A stretch of 64,000 nucleotides of DNA from an uncultured Chlorobiaceae bacterium (GTDB taxonomy: Bacteria > Bacteroidota > Chlorobiia > Chlorobiales > Chlorobiaceae), in NCBI GenBank assembly GCA_903928225.1, contig CAIYPU010000130.1, positions 1,536 through 65,535 of the forward strand, in the 5' to 3' direction. The notes below the pieces were generated by a model. That model was not told the origin of the DNA. It searched no databases and worked only from the letters and a program-made list of their open reading frames with translations. Shown in pieces: positions 20,721 to 30,589 of the stretch. The position numbers and the translations under genes are program-made. Within the stretch, counting starts at the first letter, position 1, and the number at the start of each line of letters is the position of its first letter.

Positions 20721-20872
20721 AAACTGCGATCCGGCATGCGGTGATTCCTGTTTCAGATGATAATGTTCTTCGACGGAGGCTGGGCAAGGAATAAAATCCT
20801 GCCAAGACAGGTCCGGACAAAACGCAAAAAATACTTAAAGCACCCTTGGAACTCCCTGTAAAATCCTCGCCG

Positions 20873-21700
20873 ATGCATCCGCTTGCCGATACGTCGGCCC
20901 TCGTCCTGCTCTGGTGCGGACATGAAATCTACCGGACCGGAGCGGTTGAACAGTATTGCAGGAAACTCGACCTGAAAAACGGCATAGAACTGCTAAGACG
21001 CTGTAACGCCATCTGGCCTGAATACGGAAATGTCATCAGGTATCGAAAAACCTGTATCGCAGAAACTGCGGCCTCGTTGCTGATGAGCGGAACGATCCGG
21101 CAGGTCGTCATACCCGCAGCAGGCTTCTCCATGCTCGGGATCGAGCTCGCCGCCATGTTTTCCGGTTTACAGGTATTCGAACTTGACAGGGACGGCATGC
21201 CGGTAAAGCAGGAAATTACCAGGGACCTGCGCTATGCTGCTGACAGCAGCCTGCACTGCATCGCTGCCGATATCTGCGACTGTGGTCAGGTTGAACGCCT
21301 GCTCATGGATGCAGGCTGGAAAAGAAACGAACCCACGCTGCTCGTCATCGAAGGAATATCCTATTACCTGCATAAAAGGACTTCAAGAACACTATGGGAA
21401 ATGGTTGACACAGGATCGCCGGTCATCTTCGAATACCTCGTACCTCTTTCGTCAGTAGATGCCGGAAGGAGGCATATTCCCGAAGCTGTCTTTACGGAAA
21501 TCATGACCTACTGTTCAAGCCCCACAAGGGTAACCTGCTGGAGTGAGGATGAACTCAAACTCGAACGGTCAGTATCCGTTGACCGCTGTTATTCGCTCTC
21601 TGAAATCGAAAATAACACCCGAAATATCGATGAACCGCTTTTTCCGGAAAGAAAGGATGGATGGATCGAAGTCGCTATGATGTACCGGAACAGCAGATAA
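20873..21700 (+). CDS. SAM-dependent carboxyl O-methyltransferase, LCM/TcmP-type (Pfam LCM-like)
   Basis: The ORF runs 20846..21700 (TTG) and the first ATG is at 20873. VVIPAAGFSMLGIELA...QVFELDRDGMPVKQEI...IAADICD...PTLLVIEGISYYL follows the LCM-family pattern (V..LGAGLDTR...FEvD.P.v...K....D....PTl.i.EGvl.YL). Confidence 0.75.
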   Translation: MHPLADTSALVLLWCGHEIYRTGAVEQYCRKLDLKNGIELLRRCNAIWPEYGNVIRYRKTCIAETAASLLMSGTIRQVVIPAAGFSMLGIELAAMFSGLQVFELDRDGMPVKQEITRDLRYAADSSLHCIAADICDCGQVERLLMDAGWKRNEPTLLVIEGISYYLHKRTSRTLWEMVDTGSPVIFEYLVPLSSVDAGRRHIPEAVFTEIMTYCSSPTRVTCWSEDELKLERSVSVDRCYSLSEIENNTRNIDEPLFPERKDGWIEVAMMYRNSR

Positions 21701-21876
21701 ACGTGCCGCTCCCGAAAGACTGAAGAGGGAACCCTGTTAACAGCTGGCAGAGCAGGAGATACAAATAAAATCATGTTAATAACCGAATATTTTCGTAATA
21801 TTGCGATTGATGTGAAATTATTACCGCAATAATGATGTTCCTGTCAGTGACATCGCGGCAATTAAAATGAACAAGT

Positions 21877-22380
21877 ATGAAAACGAATCCAGATACTCAT
21901 AAAAAAAATGTCCATGACCTCGAAAAAGAAGTTGCCGATCTCAAGGCAAGGATCACCTTCAAGGACATGGAACTTACCAGGATATCCACTGCGGTTGCTG
22001 AGAAGACAAGCAAACTGAAAAAACTCCTTGATCAGATAGAAAGCCTCGAACTTGACCAGGCGACAAAAAAAAGCATGAAGGAGTCATGCCTCACGCTCAT
22101 AGACAGCCACACCATCGGTAAAATGATCAATGCGGAGCTGACCGAAGCGGATTCCGTATTCCTTTCCCGGCTACAGAAAAAACACCCGAAGCTCAACCAG
22201 CGCGAAATGAGGGTACTCCACCTCGTTAAGCTCAACCACGACACGAGGGAAATCGCCCATACCATAGGCATCTCGACACGAGGGCTGGAAAGTATCCGTT
22301 ACCGCCTGCACAAGAAACTGGGCCTCGGCAAGCACCAGTCGATCAAAACCTACCTTTCCGATTTCGCTGTCAGCGAATAA
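21877..22380 (+). CDS. LuxR-type HTH transcriptional regulator with N-terminal coiled coil (no receiver domain)
   Basis: 167-aa ORF. The C-terminal LNQREMRVLHLVKLNHDTREIAHTIGISTRGLESIRYRLHKKLGL is a LuxR/GerE HTH. Confidence 0.8.
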   Translation: MKTNPDTHKKNVHDLEKEVADLKARITFKDMELTRISTAVAEKTSKLKKLLDQIESLELDQATKKSMKESCLTLIDSHTIGKMINAELTEADSVFLSRLQKKHPKLNQREMRVLHLVKLNHDTREIAHTIGISTRGLESIRYRLHKKLGLGKHQSIKTYLSDFAVSE

Positions 22381-22401
22381 TCACGGATTCCCGAACAAAA
22401 G

Positions 22402-22434
22402 AGGCTGTCTGTCAGAATACAGGATGGACAGCCT
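22402..22434. terminator. Possible bidirectional hairpin between convergent genes
   Basis: AGGCTGTC-N17-GACAGCCT lies between the LuxR-type stop (22380) and the DUF4332 stop (22477). The T-tract is weak. Confidence 0.35.
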
Positions 22435-22476
22435 TATTCCATAATTGCTCCTTCCGTTTACAGGTTTTCAGCATTA

Positions 22477-22881
22477 TCAATGGGAAACCTTTTTTCCAAG
22501 TATTTTCGCCTGGGCTATCCAGCTTTCCACTTCCGATTCCGCAGGTACTCTGCGCACAAGATTTTTTTCCGCATTGATCCCGGCCATTTTGCATGCAAGG
22601 TTATCGGCCCGACGCTGTGCCAGTTCAGGAACAGTATCGACACCGGCAGCTTCCAGAAGTTCGGCAAATTCCCCGCCGACCCCTTTAAGACGGAACAGGT
22701 CCGCATGATTTACCCACTTCAGGATAATGAGATCGGAAATACCGGTCGAATCGGCAATGGTTTTTCTTCCGGCTGCAGTACTGCCCTGTTCGAGCAAAGA
22801 TTCAACAGTTGTTATTCCGGCACCCTGCAGTTTTGCCGCATAATTTTCTCCGATACCTTCAATTTCGGATATGTCTGACAT
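22477..22881 (-). CDS. DUF4332 domain protein (helix-hairpin-helix-like)
   Basis: 134-aa ORF with MSDISEIEGIGENYAAKLQGAGITTVESLL and LFRLKGVGGEFAELLEAAGVDTVPELA, the repeated HhH-like modules characteristic of DUF4332. Confidence 0.8.
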   Translation of the reverse strand: MSDISEIEGIGENYAAKLQGAGITTVESLLEQGSTAAGRKTIADSTGISDLIILKWVNHADLFRLKGVGGEFAELLEAAGVDTVPELAQRRADNLACKMAGINAEKNLVRRVPAESEVESWIAQAKILGKKVSH

Positions 22882-22949
22882 TCGGACCTCCCAGGTTTAA
22901 AGATTGATATTGAGGAATACTGAAGGACAGCTCTGTTTATTGTAGCGAG

Positions 22950-23075
22950 GAGCAAGGCGGACAGAGCGGAGAAAACAGAGTGTACAAATGGTACATGAAG
23001 ATTTTGATCCCGATTCATCGGGACCAACCCGAGCAACAGGGCTTCGGAACAGATAAAGAGATATACCCCTTACAT
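22950..23075 (+). repeat. Dispersed ~125-nt structured repeat, copy A
   Basis: About 80 percent identical by eye to 63025..63148. Shared blocks are GGACAGAGCGGAGAAA, GAGTGTAC-loop-GTACATGA, GATTTTG, TCCCGA-loop-TCGGGACCAAC and GCTTCGGAACAGATA. Confidence 0.8.
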
Positions 23076-23360
23076 CTGGCAACGGTCGCAAGATACGCTC
23101 TTGTAAATACTCGCAGATAATTCCTTATCTACGAAAAACAGCTTAAAAAATAGAGAACGGAGACCGTATTGAAAGAAGTGCTTTCAGAACTGAAAAATTA
23201 ATGAAGAAAAGCTGGGGGATAAAAGATGATAAAAGTTCAATACCCGTTTTGGAAAATCCGTCAGAAAAGTGGAGAGTAAGGCCTTCTGTTCACATGGGTT
23301 ACCTGAAAACCGCAACAGGGGGTAAGACGCTGCCTCAGATATGGATTTTGTACCATACGG

Positions 23361-23696
23361 TTATTTTCTGATCTCCCTCATGAATATCCTGGGCCTTTCC
23401 GAAAAAATTTCCTCTTGTATTTCCTCCACCTTCGGCTGTTCTTCACGAAGCTTGCGTGGCAAAGGCACGTTCAGCATCAGGCAGATCTCTTCAAGCGATG
23501 GCACCCGTCCCCTGCAAAGGACCTTGCCGTCAATGATAAGAGCCGGCATAGACATAACGCCATGCCGGACAATTTCCCGGTACTCTTCCACCTTTTCCAG
23601 AGCGGCATCGACACCAGCGGAAGCGATTACGGTTTTGACCAGATCAGCAAGCCGGGTGCTTTCAAGACCGGCAGTACCCAATACTTTAATTTGCAT
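23361..23696 (-). CDS. Thioredoxin-fold protein of the 'redox-active disulfide protein 2' type, but lacking the CxxC motif
   Basis: The ORF runs 23361..23708 and the likely start is MQIKVLG at 23696. KVLGTAGLESTRL...YGVMSMPALIIDGKVLCRGRVPSLEEI matches the family pattern KVLG.GC..C..L...YGVMSTPALVIDGKVV..GRVPS.EEI, except that both active-site Cys are replaced. A charged ~35-aa C-terminal extension follows. Confidence 0.7.
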   Translation of the reverse strand: MQIKVLGTAGLESTRLADLVKTVIASAGVDAALEKVEEYREIVRHGVMSMPALIIDGKVLCRGRVPSLEEICLMLNVPLPRKLREEQPKVEEIQEEIFSERPRIFMREIRK

Positions 23697-23960
23697 CATT
23701 AGATTCAAGGTTGTTTGCCGGATATTCCCGAAGGTGAAATATTCCTGGAATCACGCTGATGGCCGGCAAATCAAAATGGTCGGTTTATCTGTTCCGTGTA
23801 TATCAACAGGAACTTATGGTGTAATATAACAACCTTTACCCATATCGTCACCCACCCTTTCCTTCTGTCCGGAAATATCACCATCGTGATACCTGTTTTG
23901 TTATTATAATCTTAAACTGAGGCCCGGTCAGAGGCCATAATCCATTCAGGGCCACCCAAT

Positions 23961-24545
23961 ATGGAAAAGAAACTCCTGATTATCCATGCTCATCCGGACA
24001 GCGAAAGTTTCTGCGGAGCGCTCGCTTCTGCCTACGAATCCGGGGCTGCCCATGCCGGACATTCCATAAGCCGCATCGATCTCGGCGAACTCAGCTTCGA
24101 TCCCGTCCAGCACAAAGGATATCGTGAAGTCCAGCCTCTCGAACCAGACCTGCTCGATGCCAAAGAGGCTCTCATTCAGGCCGGTCACCTTGTTTTTGTC
24201 TATCCTGTCTGGTGGGGAGGACCTCCTGCGCTGCTGAAGGGATTTTTCGACCGTCTCTTCCTGCCGGGAATCGCTTTCAAGTTCAACAATCCGCATGCTC
24301 TGCGCTGGGAACGTCTTCTTGCAGGACGTTCAGCCCGCCTTCTGGTCACGATGGATACCCCGCCCTGGTACTATCGTCTCATCTATCGAATGCCCGGTCA
24401 CAACCAGATGAAACGCACCATTCTCGATTTCTGCGGCATACGGCCTGTCTTTATTTCAGAATTCGGCCCCGTCAGGACATCAACACCCGAGCAGCGACAG
24501 AAGTGGCTTGAAACAGCTTCACAACTCGGTCGGAAAGCGGGATAA
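23961..24545 (+). CDS. NAD(P)H dehydrogenase (quinone), flavodoxin-like fold (Flavodoxin_2/NQO-type)
   Basis: 194-aa ORF with LLIIHAHPDSESF...HLVFVYPVWWGGPPALLKGFFDR, typical of the family. Confidence 0.85.
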   Translation: MEKKLLIIHAHPDSESFCGALASAYESGAAHAGHSISRIDLGELSFDPVQHKGYREVQPLEPDLLDAKEALIQAGHLVFVYPVWWGGPPALLKGFFDRLFLPGIAFKFNNPHALRWERLLAGRSARLLVTMDTPPWYYRLIYRMPGHNQMKRTILDFCGIRPVFISEFGPVRTSTPEQRQKWLETASQLGRKAG

Positions 24546-24636
24546 TACCATCGCTCATCAAAAGCTGGTAGAAACGATCCGGATTATCCCGTATCTTTTT
24601 ATGAATCGTAACCGAGGTTATTACTGAGGCAACAAC

Positions 24637-24785
24637 AAAGCGCAAGGAAATCCATGCAGCGGGTCTGTCATTCTGAAGGAAGCATAGCGAAATGAAGAAT
24701 CCATTTGATTTCTATACAATAATTTATGGATTCTTCACTTCGTTCAGAATGACGGAAAAAGGACAGAATGACAAAATCGGGGCTC
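24637..24785. repeat. Palindromic MITE-like dispersed repeat, copy 1
   Basis: The left arm GTCATTCTGAAGGAAGCATAGCGAAATGAAGAATCCAT pairs imperfectly with the right arm ATGGATTCTTCACTTCGTTCAGAATGAC. The lead-in CGCAAGGAAATCCATG and the tail CAGAATGACAAAATCGG are shared with 52647..52795. Confidence 0.8.
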
Positions 24786-24853
24786 TTTTTTACACACCAA
24801 AACTGACAGTTTTAATTGCCGCAGTAATGATTAAATGATGATCCCCATATGCC

Positions 24854-25513
24854 ATGGAAAAACAGGTGTCGTGTAAATGGCTGACGATAAAGATCTTCGG
24901 TTCAGCAATCCTGGCATTGGCAATGCTGTTTTCAGGCGCCACCCTGCTTCAACCGCCTGAAAAAATATCCCCGGAAGCCTACCGCGCGGCATTTGCCGCC
25001 CTTGGCCGCTACCGGGCGCAGCATCCCGGAGAACAACCGCTCACCATTGTGATCGTGGATTTTTCCAAGCCTTCATACGTCGAACGCATGGCAGTCGTTG
25101 ACCTGAAGAACGGCAGAAAGACGTTTTACCGGGTAGCGCACGGGAAGAAATCAGGGCAACTTTATTCCCGGACGTTCTCCAATATTCCCCAGTCGAATAT
25201 GAGCAGCCTCGGCCTCTACAAGGTGCTCGATACATATTATGGCGATCACGGAAAAGCAATGCGGCTCGAAGGCCTGGATCCGGCAGTGAACGACAGCGTT
25301 TTCGTCCGTGACATTGTGCTGCACTCTGCAGGTTACGTTTCGCAGGGCTATATCCTGCTCAACCTGATGACATTCAAAGGGCCTATGATCGGCAGAAGCA
25401 ACGGATGCTTCGTCGTTTCACCCTCCGAAATCGACGAGGTTGTCGCGAAGTTCTCTCGTGGAGCGTTCATTTACGCCTGGGCCGACTCTTCGGGAACGAA
25501 GGAATATCGTTAG
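24854..25513 (+). CDS. L,D-transpeptidase catalytic-domain family protein (YkuD_2-like), secreted
   Basis: 219-aa ORF with an N-terminal hydrophobic signal/anchor. HGKKSG...FSNIPQSNMSSLGLY...IVLHSAGYV...GRSNGCFVV carries the His and Cys catalytic signature. Confidence 0.8.
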   Translation: MEKQVSCKWLTIKIFGSAILALAMLFSGATLLQPPEKISPEAYRAAFAALGRYRAQHPGEQPLTIVIVDFSKPSYVERMAVVDLKNGRKTFYRVAHGKKSGQLYSRTFSNIPQSNMSSLGLYKVLDTYYGDHGKAMRLEGLDPAVNDSVFVRDIVLHSAGYVSQGYILLNLMTFKGPMIGRSNGCFVVSPSEIDEVVAKFSRGAFIYAWADSSGTKEYR

Positions 25514-25520
25514 GAAGCAG

Positions 25521-25550
25521 AAAAACCCGGATCGCTCCGGGTTTTCTGTT
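25521..25550. terminator. Bidirectional rho-independent terminator between convergent genes
   Basis: AAAAACCCGGA-tcgc-TCCGGGTTTTCTGTT has A-rich and T-rich flanks on both sides of the hairpin. It lies between the stops at 25513 (+) and 25569 (-). Confidence 0.75.
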
Positions 25551-25568
25551 GTATTTGTCTTATGCCAT

Positions 25569-27830
<2,262 letters not shown>

Positions 27831-28186
27831 TCAATTGAAATTACACCAGGACGATCCGGCAGGACGGATGGTCGGCAAAACTGCCTTCCGGACCTCGAAC
27901 TCATGAACATAACGGCGTGCACCAGCCGTCACACCGCCAAGATTATACTTTGCGGTTCGGATGGCTTTCGCCCTGCGGCTTCGGCGCAGTTTATGTTCGA
28001 TAGAAAATAATGCAAACCCGCCTGCAAGATAGAAACAGGCTGGAGAAAAAGGGCTCCAGTCAGCGTTTTCTGCCCAGAAAAAAGGATTGGACAGAAAACG
28101 CTGCGACCCGGAAAAGATCCGGGTGATAGCCGGATAAAATCAACTAATAACAGGGAAACCTGCTACAACCTCGGTTCCGCTGACGG

Positions 28187-29068
28187 TTACCGTGAGGAAT
28201 AAAACTCATCGAGACCTACTCTTGCGGCCAGCTCCGAATCGGTCAGCACCTCGTGGGCAAGCTTGATCATGGGAATGGTAGCACCCATGGAACTGTAGCC
28301 GCCGTCGTGGAAAAGGTTCTGCATGGTCACTTTTCTGGTGAGATCGCTGAGCAGGGTTATGGAGTATTCTGCGCACTCTTCTGCGGAGGCATTCCCGAGA
28401 GGAGACATCAGGTCGCTGTATTCGTACATCTTTTCAAAACCCGGGATGCCGCTTCCGGCTTTCGTGTAGGTTGGGCTCTGTGAAATCGTGTTGATGCGTA
28501 TCCCCCTCCTTGCAAGCCTCGGACCGTAACTGCGGACGATGGACTCGAGCAGCGATTTCGCGTCGCCCATGTCCGAATAGGTCCAGTAGTTCCGCTGTGA
28601 AGCGATATAGGAAAGGGCGAGGACGCTTCCGCCATCGTTGATCGCTCCGTTCTTGAGCGCTATGGAGACAATACGGTGAAGCGACAGGCCCGAAACGTCG
28701 AGGGTCCTCATGAACCACTCGTAGTTGAGATCTTCGTAGGGAAGCTGCTTGCGGATATTCTGCGACATGCCGATTGAATGAACGATAAAATCGACGGGGC
28801 CAAGCTTCTCTTTCAGTTCAATGAAGCAGCTTTCGACCTCTTCGTTTTTCGACGCGTCGCACTGGATCACCGGCGCGTTGCCGCACAGGGCCGCCAGTTC
28901 ATCAATTTTACCGAAGCGCATGGCTGCAGCGACGTTCGATATAGCGATCTCTGCACCTTCCTGATAAGCATGCAGGGCTATCTGCCAGCCGATACTGCTC
29001 TCATCGAGGGGACCGAAAACAATGCCTTTTTTCCCTTTCAATAAACCATAGTGCGCTTTCTCGGACAT
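28187..29068 (-). CDS. fabI: Enoyl-[acyl-carrier-protein] reductase (NADH), FabI-type SDR
   Basis: 293-aa ORF with LLKGKKGIVFG...SIGWQIA and a Y-x6-K catalytic pair in YSDMGDAKSLLES. Confidence 0.8.
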   Translation of the reverse strand: MSEKAHYGLLKGKKGIVFGPLDESSIGWQIALHAYQEGAEIAISNVAAAMRFGKIDELAALCGNAPVIQCDASKNEEVESCFIELKEKLGPVDFIVHSIGMSQNIRKQLPYEDLNYEWFMRTLDVSGLSLHRIVSIALKNGAINDGGSVLALSYIASQRNYWTYSDMGDAKSLLESIVRSYGPRLARRGIRINTISQSPTYTKAGSGIPGFEKMYEYSDLMSPLGNASAEECAEYSITLLSDLTRKVTMQNLFHDGGYSSMGATIPMIKLAHEVLTDSELAARVGLDEFYSSR

Positions 29069-29205
29069 GATATATGCTCTCTTCTTTAACAGAAATTGGG
29101 GCTGACAGCCTTTTCAAATATTAAAACAATGAAGATACGAGATTGGCGTGAAAACTTAAACAGTTTCCCTGCAATTTTTCTCCTCCCGACCAACCGTTGC
29201 AATGG

Positions 29206-30507
29206 TTATATCTTCATTTTCCTCATCGAACGCAGCTTGTCGAGCACGTTTTTGTTCACACTCAATTCGCTCTCCTCCTTGTCTGCAGGGGTGTCCTTGA
29301 AAACAACCCTGAGCAGGTTGTCCTCGCGGTAGAATTTTTCCATCTCGAGACTGTAGAGCGCCCTCGGAAGGGTAATGATGCGCTGAGCACGATCGATGGT
29401 CACGACAATATCGGTGCCCATGCGCTCGACGGAAACTTCCTCGACATCCTTGAGGAACGGAATCTTGATGCAGAGGATTTCACGATGGTCTTCGGTAAGG
29501 GCATTTTTCTTGCTCTCGATCCAGAAGTTCTTGCCGGTGTAGAAAATCTTGTCGGGCGACTGTTCGCCGAACACCTTGCGGCTGATATCGTGAAGGGCAT
29601 CGGGGCCGATCGGTTCGGTCCTCTGGAGGTGGCAGCGGAAAACCGGGGTCGGATAGAACGAGTTGTCGATCTCCATGAGGTAACGGCTGTGCAGGTCGGC
29701 CCAGAACTCGAAGTATTCTCCGACGGTCTTCGATGTCGGCAGGATCTTGTTGATGACGATCCCGTCGATATTGATGCCGTAGAGGTGCACGAAGGTATAG
29801 GCGCGCTTCGTTTCGAGGATGGACAGTTTCTCCGGGTTCAGGACAAGGCGGAACGTGACTTCCGGGCTGAGGATGAATTTGTTGATGTCCTCCATCTGCT
29901 TGAGGAGCAGGTTGACCTCGTTGAAAAACTCGTCGTCGGGTATGGAGTTGCCGCTCAGCGGCCTCGCGATGGAAGACATGCTCTTGTAAAGCTTGAAAAA
30001 CTGCTTGCCCATGTTGCCGCCGATGATGATCTCGGGATAGGCGAGCAGGCGAAGGGTGTTGCCGGTCGGTGATGTGTCGAGCACGACGGTATCCCACCTA
30101 CCGGACTGCGCCTCGTCGAGCAGGCGGCTGAGCGCGAAGATTTCGTCGAGGCCGGGCTGGGTGGTCAGCTCGGTTGCCATACCGGAATCGATTCCCTTGT
30201 TCTTGTATGAGGAAGAAACGAATTTCTGGAACCCGGACATGTTCTTCTTCAGCTCGTGGATGGTATCGACTTCGAGCCCGTAAAGGTTGTGTTCGATTTT
30301 CTGGGGCTCGTTGCGGCTGATTTTCATGTTGAAAACATCCGAAAGCGAGTGGGCAGGGTCAGAAGACATGATCAGGACCTTCTTGTTCTGCCTGGCCAGC
30401 GCGACGGCCGTACACGAGGAAATCGTGGTCTTGCCGGTCCCTCCCTTGCCCGAATAGATGATAACTCTTGTCTGCAGTTCGTTTTCCGTTAAATCCCTCG
30501 ACGACAT
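29206..30507 (-). CDS. ArsA/GET3(TRC40)-family ATPase with C-terminal HSP20/alpha-crystallin-like domain
   Basis: 433-aa ORF with a deviant Walker A (GKGGTGKTT), DPAHSLSD and DTSPTGNTLRLL (the ArsA DTAPTGHT signature with His replaced by Asn). The C-terminal beta-rich segment is ILCIKIPFLKDVEEVSVERMGTDIVVTIDRAQRIITLP. Confidence 0.82.
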   Translation of the reverse strand: MSSRDLTENELQTRVIIYSGKGGTGKTTISSCTAVALARQNKKVLIMSSDPAHSLSDVFNMKISRNEPQKIEHNLYGLEVDTIHELKKNMSGFQKFVSSSYKNKGIDSGMATELTTQPGLDEIFALSRLLDEAQSGRWDTVVLDTSPTGNTLRLLAYPEIIIGGNMGKQFFKLYKSMSSIARPLSGNSIPDDEFFNEVNLLLKQMEDINKFILSPEVTFRLVLNPEKLSILETKRAYTFVHLYGINIDGIVINKILPTSKTVGEYFEFWADLHSRYLMEIDNSFYPTPVFRCHLQRTEPIGPDALHDISRKVFGEQSPDKIFYTGKNFWIESKKNALTEDHREILCIKIPFLKDVEEVSVERMGTDIVVTIDRAQRIITLPRALYSLEMEKFYREDNLLRVVFKDTPADKEESELSVNKNVLDKLRSMRKMKI

Positions 30508-30589
30508 AAAAAACTCCGCTGTTAAAGGTCAATGATCGTGATTAGGCCTTCCCCGCACAGGAGAATCAGAACCGTAATTTAAGAAAGTA

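Noticed and set aside
20759-20861. Small 34-codon basic ORF (MIMFFDGGWARNKILPRQVRTKRKKYLKHPWNSL) between the ATP-grasp ligase and the methyltransferase, considered as a possible precursor peptide.
   Set aside because: It has no ribosome-binding site and it overlaps the methyltransferase upstream region and TTG ORF start. Its composition looks like intergenic read-through. It is worth a glance only if the ligase turns out to be a RiPP-type enzyme.
21780-21876. Imperfect inverted repeat AATATTGCG-N21-CGCAATAAT and repeated CGCAAT/CGGCAAT motifs upstream of the LuxR-type gene, considered as a possible autoregulatory operator.
   Set aside because: The repeats are short, AT-rich and imperfect. 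Such matches are expected by chance in an AT-rich spacer, and the sequence alone offers no supporting evidence.
22812-23091. Minus-strand ORFs of 64 aa and 74 aa covering repeat copy A. I also considered possible peptides such as MKILIPIHRDQ... read from the plus strand.
   Set aside because: An indel between copy A and copy B shifts every frame, so no peptide is conserved between the copies. The conservation is at the nucleotide and hairpin level.
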